The notes beneath the pieces were generated by a model. The model worked only from the letters and a program-made list of their open reading frames with translations. It searched no databases and was not told where the DNA came from. The translations under genes were made by a program, and so were the position numbers. Shown here one piece after another: positions 1 to 64,000 of a stretch of DNA of 64,000 bases. How positions within the stretch are numbered: position 1 is the stretch's first letter; every line of letters begins with the position of its first letter. This stretch comes from Paraspadella gotoi (taxonomy: Eukaryota > Animalia > Chaetognatha): the NCBI GenBank assembly GCA_051294375.1, contig CM119266.1, forward strand, positions 5,137,770 to 5,201,769. Reading direction: 5' to 3'.

Positions 1-189
1 TATATTGTCTTTAATATTGTTCGGTATGCATGATTACTGTTGTCGTCGTTTTTTTGTTTTTTGGTTGTTTTTTTAAATGCTAGGAAAAATATTTGTTCAA
101 AAAGTTATTTTTTCAGCTTAAGAAATATTTTTTATTATTGTTGTGAAATAAATCCCAGAAATTTATCTCTCTATATTTTTCTTCTTTAG

Positions 190-950
190 AGTCATGAATC
201 TCTCCTTGTTTTCCTTCTTTCAAAGTCATGAATATCTCTTCCTGTTTTTCCTTTATTCAGAGATATGAATCTCTCCTACTTTCCCTTATTCAGAGACATG
301 AATCTTTCCTACCTCCCCATATTCAGAGACATGAATCTCTCCCTACATCCCGTTATTCAGAGACATGAATCTCTCCCTACTTTCCTTATTCAGAGATATG
401 AATCTCTCCCTACTTCCCCTTATTCAGAGACATGAATCTCTCCCCTCCCTACTTTCCCTTTTTCAGAAACATGAATCTCCCTACTTCCTCTTTTCGGAGA
501 CATGAATCTCTCCCTACTTCCCATTATTCAGAGACATGAATCTTTCCTACCTCCCCATATTCAGAGATATGAATCTCTCCCTACATCCCGTTATTCAGAG
601 ACATGAATCTCTCCCTACTTTCCCTTATTCAGAGATATGAATCTCTCCCTACTTCCTATTTTTCGGAGACATGAATCTCTCCCTACTTTCCCTTATTCAG
701 AGATATGAATCTCTCCCTACTTCTTCTTTTTTGGAAACATGAATCTTTTCCCTACTTCCCCTTATTCAGAGACATGAATCTCTCCCTACTTTCCCTTTTC
801 AGAGACATGAATCTTTCCTACCTCCCCATATTCAGAGACATGAATCTCTCCCTACATCCCGTATTCCAAGACATGAATATCCTCCTACTTCCCCTTATTC
901 AGAGACATGAATCTCACCCTACTTCCCCTTATTCAGAGACATGAATCTCT
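190..950 (+). repeat. Minisatellite, about 23 x 33-35 bp, unit = dynein 3' splice site plus exon start (ccctacttccccttattcag|AGACATGAATCTCT)
   Basis: Repeated unit read directly; the last unit runs into the real exon at 937. Confidence 0.92.
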
Positions 951-1120
951 CCAAGCTGGTCGACGAGGACGAGCCCCTCTTCCTCTCTCTAATCAACGAC
1001 CTCTTCCCGGGGATTTTCCTCGACGTGAAGGAGTATCCCCAACTCGCTGGTCGCATTGAACATCACTGCAACGAGATGGGGCTCGTCAATCATCCTTCCT
1101 GGATCCTCAAAGTCATCCAG
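937..1120 (+). CDS. DNAH5: Intact duplicate of the dynein exon (R)[24 protein letters not shown]...WILKVIQ, inside the inverted duplicate segment
   Basis: ttcag acceptor at 935-936 and gt donor at 1121; open frame. The minus-strand counterpart at 3615-3797 carries several indels. Confidence 0.85.
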
Positions 1121-2157
1121 GTTTGTGAATGAAGGGATTTTGGGACAGACGATTAGACGGACAGATAGACAGACGGGCTAATAGTCGAGGAGAGACAGAT
1201 GGAACAAGGAATTTATTTAATCACTCCAATGACTCCAAGTTTTTTTGTAGGACCATTTATTAAAATTTCGGGTAGAGAGATAAATAAACAGACACACAAT
1301 TATTTTATTAATTAATTAAAGTGAGTGAAAATATCTTTTAAAGCCAATTTTAAACGTCCCAGAAAGATGGTCGGACAAACTATGCAACAGAGAAATATAC
1401 TGACAATCAGAACCAAAATGATCTTCAAAAGTTTATTTGTAGTAATATAAGACAGACAGACCAAAAAGAGTGATATAGAATGACAGCACCAAACAAAAAG
1501 TGATGTACTAACACATACGTATAACATTTTTTTAAGTGTAGCATTAATTATTCAAAAAATACTTTCCTACTAAGGGGTGAACTTAGGCAAAGATTTTTTC
1601 TTAAATAGGTAATAGACAATTTTTTGGTTTACCTAGTAGTTAACTGAATAAAAAGTAGAGGAAAGGATCTTTAAAACTAAGATATAACTGATAAACTTAT
1701 GATCTAATTTGCTAAGATTTAAAAGGGAAGGGTTATCATTAATAATTTGAAGCCAAATGATATTAAATATTGTATTAAATATTAAATATTGTATTAAATA
1801 TTAAATATTGTAGTCTAATTGTATTCTATTGTAGTCTAACCTAGTGTTGTATAGATGATCCCTCGATTTCCAGAAGACAACACTGACCTCCTCCTCCCAA
1901 AATGAGTTATTAGATATAATAAGCAAATAATATTTAAAAAAGTAATATATAATTAAATAATATAGTTTAAATAGTAAAACATTACCTTCACCTGTCCTCA
2001 ATCTGACCATTGTCTTTTTCTCAACCTTTGTTGGAAGCTTTATTCTCTCTCTTTTCTCTCTCTCTCTCTGTCTCTCTCTCTCTCTCAATTTCTCTCTCTC
2101 TCTCTCTCTCTCTCTGACTCAATGTTAAGAGAAAAATTTGTCTGATTATTCAAACGC

Positions 2158-2191
2158 TGATGAAGGCTTATACATAAAGCCGAAACATGTC
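2158..2191 (+). ncRNA. Minimal hammerhead-ribozyme-like motif (Penelope pLTR-type remnant)
   Basis: CTGATGA-A-GGCTT-atacata-AAGCC-GAAAC-AT-GTC: hammerhead core, stem II and palindromic ACATGT stem III; stem I pairing is poor. Confidence 0.5.
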
Positions 2192-3145
2192 CCCATGTAA
2201 AAATAAAAATCGTTATAAATAAACAAATAAACTTTGTTTTTCTCTAAGTTTAAATAGTAAAACATTCATAAAATATAAAAATATAAGATATTGAAATAAG
2301 TAATTTTGCAAATTTTCATATAAAATTAAAAAATAACAAAATAGGATATTTTTCGGTATTAATTTTTAAACAAAATCTTTATCAAATATAAAACTTTAAT
2401 TTGCTCAACATTGAAATTCAAAATATTTTTAATGAAACATAAAATAATTATATAAAAAAAATTAATAGCTCAAACTATATTTGGTGTTTGGTATTTGGTG
2501 TTTGATTTAGATTTAAATTTTTTTTATTTGAAAATTATATCCATAGGATATTTACTTTCTATATCGAGCTCGAATTTTTTAATATAAACAGCTAGGGAGG
2601 TATTGAGTAATCCATATCATATTCTGCAAAGAATTCTAATGAGCTTTGACATTCTAAATAAGATACAAAACATTTTTGGGTGACTTGAGTCTTGTGTTCA
2701 TTTTTATATCATCTTTGATCAAGGTTTTAATCTCTAATCATATCAGGATACAACTGAATTCGTTACATTGCAATCTTTTTAAATGTATGCATCCTTATTG
2801 TTATTACTAATTTCTTTATTATCTGTTAATTTTTTATTTATCAATGAATTAATCTTCTATAATAATTTTATTGGTTCTGGGTCTGGTAGTATCCAAGTAG
2901 TCTACATACTTAATGCTGATACTCATATTTTATGCCATCTGCGAAAAGTATTTTTTGGGCTTAAATATAGTAATAACAAATTGAAAATATAGTTGATAAC
3001 GAAATTATAACAATAAAAGAAAATATATTGTTTTATTTATCTTTAAAATAAATATAAGCAAAATATTTTGATTCAGAAATTGCCTATATTTTATTAAGAA
3101 AAATCATTTCTTTACCTAGGCAATTTCAGTAACACTTTGCTCAGT

Positions 3146-3170
3146 NNNNNNNNNNNNNNNNNNNNNNNNN
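3146..3170. other. Assembly gap (25 N)
   Basis: Run of n characters. Confidence 0.99.
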
Positions 3171-3614
3171 AAAGTATTTTTTGAATAATTAATGCTACAC
3201 TTAAAAAAATGTTATACGTATGTGTTAGTACATCACTTTTTGTTTGGTGCTGTCATTCTATATCACTCTTTTTGGTCTGTCTGTCTTATATTACTACAAA
3301 TAAACTTTTGAAGATCATTTTGGTTCTGATTGTCAGTATATTTCTCTGTTGCATAGTTTGTCCGACCATCTTTCTGGGACGTTTAAAAATTGGCTTTAAA
3401 AGATATTTTCACTCACTTTAATTAATTAATAAAATAATTGTGTGTCTGTTTATTTATCTCTCTACCCGAAATTTTAATAAATGGTCCTACAAAAAAACTT
3501 GGAGTCATTGGAGTGATTAAATAAATTCCTTGTTCCATCTGTCTCTCCTCGACTATTAGCCCGTCTGTCTATCTGTCCGTCTATCGTCTGTCCCAAAATC
3601 CCTTCATTCACAAC

Positions 3615-63777
<60,163 letters not shown>

Positions 63778-63831
63778 CTGGGATAATAAAATTAATAATA
63801 AAATTAAAAACATCGTTTATTAATATCTAAC

Positions 63832-64000
63832 TTTAGAGAAAAGTTTGAAATGAATTTAACAACGATTTATTTGAAACAACATTTGACATGTTTCGGCTCT
63901 TGTTCAAGCCTTCATCAGTGTTTGAACAAGAGCCGAATCATGTCCGTTATTATTGTTTCAAATAAATCGTTGTTGAATTCTTTTCAAACTTTTCTCTAAA
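63832..64000. mobile_element. Penelope-like palindromic remnant with hammerhead motif
   Basis: tttagagaaaagtttgaaa...aacaacgatttatttgaaacaa is mirrored by ttgtttcaaataaatcgttgtt...tttcaaacttttctctaaa; minus strand reads CTGATGA-A-GGCTT-gaacaa-GAGCC-GAAACATGTC (~63885-63918). Confidence 0.6.

Larger units (their letters stand above)
1..1565. repeat. Inverted duplicate of 3171-4756 (flanking an assembly gap)
   Basis: 1-1565 is the near-identical reverse complement of 3171-4756; the second copy starts immediately after the N run at 3146-3170. Confidence 0.92.

Noticed and set aside
190-950. 34-bp repeat array as a CRISPR array
   Set aside because: Units are contiguous with no unique spacers, there are no cas genes, the context is eukaryotic and the unit is a splice junction.
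1312-1527. 71-aa hydrophobic ORF, duplicated at 3209-3421
   Set aside because: AT-rich intron sequence; it appears twice only because of the inverted duplication.

Overview
AT-rich eukaryotic (animal-like) genomic DNA. The window is dominated by the 5' half of an axonemal outer-arm dynein heavy chain gene (DNAH5/DNAH8-type) on the minus strand. I traced 51 short GC-rich exons (about 2,265 codons, N-terminal tail through AAA1), almost all with GT-AG introns and one GC-AG intron. The first ~1.6 kb is an inverted duplicate of the sequence right of an N-gap, probably a haplotig or mis-oriented contig. The large introns carry the most interesting material: (1) four small spliced antisense genes encoding a Tyr/Gly/Asn-rich domain family (5 domain copies, conserved intron inside a Trp codon); (2) a 3-exon antisense gene for a ~372-aa low-complexity protein; (3) tandem arrays built from the dynein gene's own splice junctions (about 23 and 4 copies of an acceptor, one duplicated donor); (4) a 0.75-1 kb satellite carrying decayed 5S rRNA copies; (5) Penelope-type palindromic remnants with minimal hammerhead-ribozyme motifs, plus a hAT-like foldback MITE, Helitron-like repeats and a tRNA-derived SINE. 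All homology calls come from manual reading and memory of known families; no database search was run.
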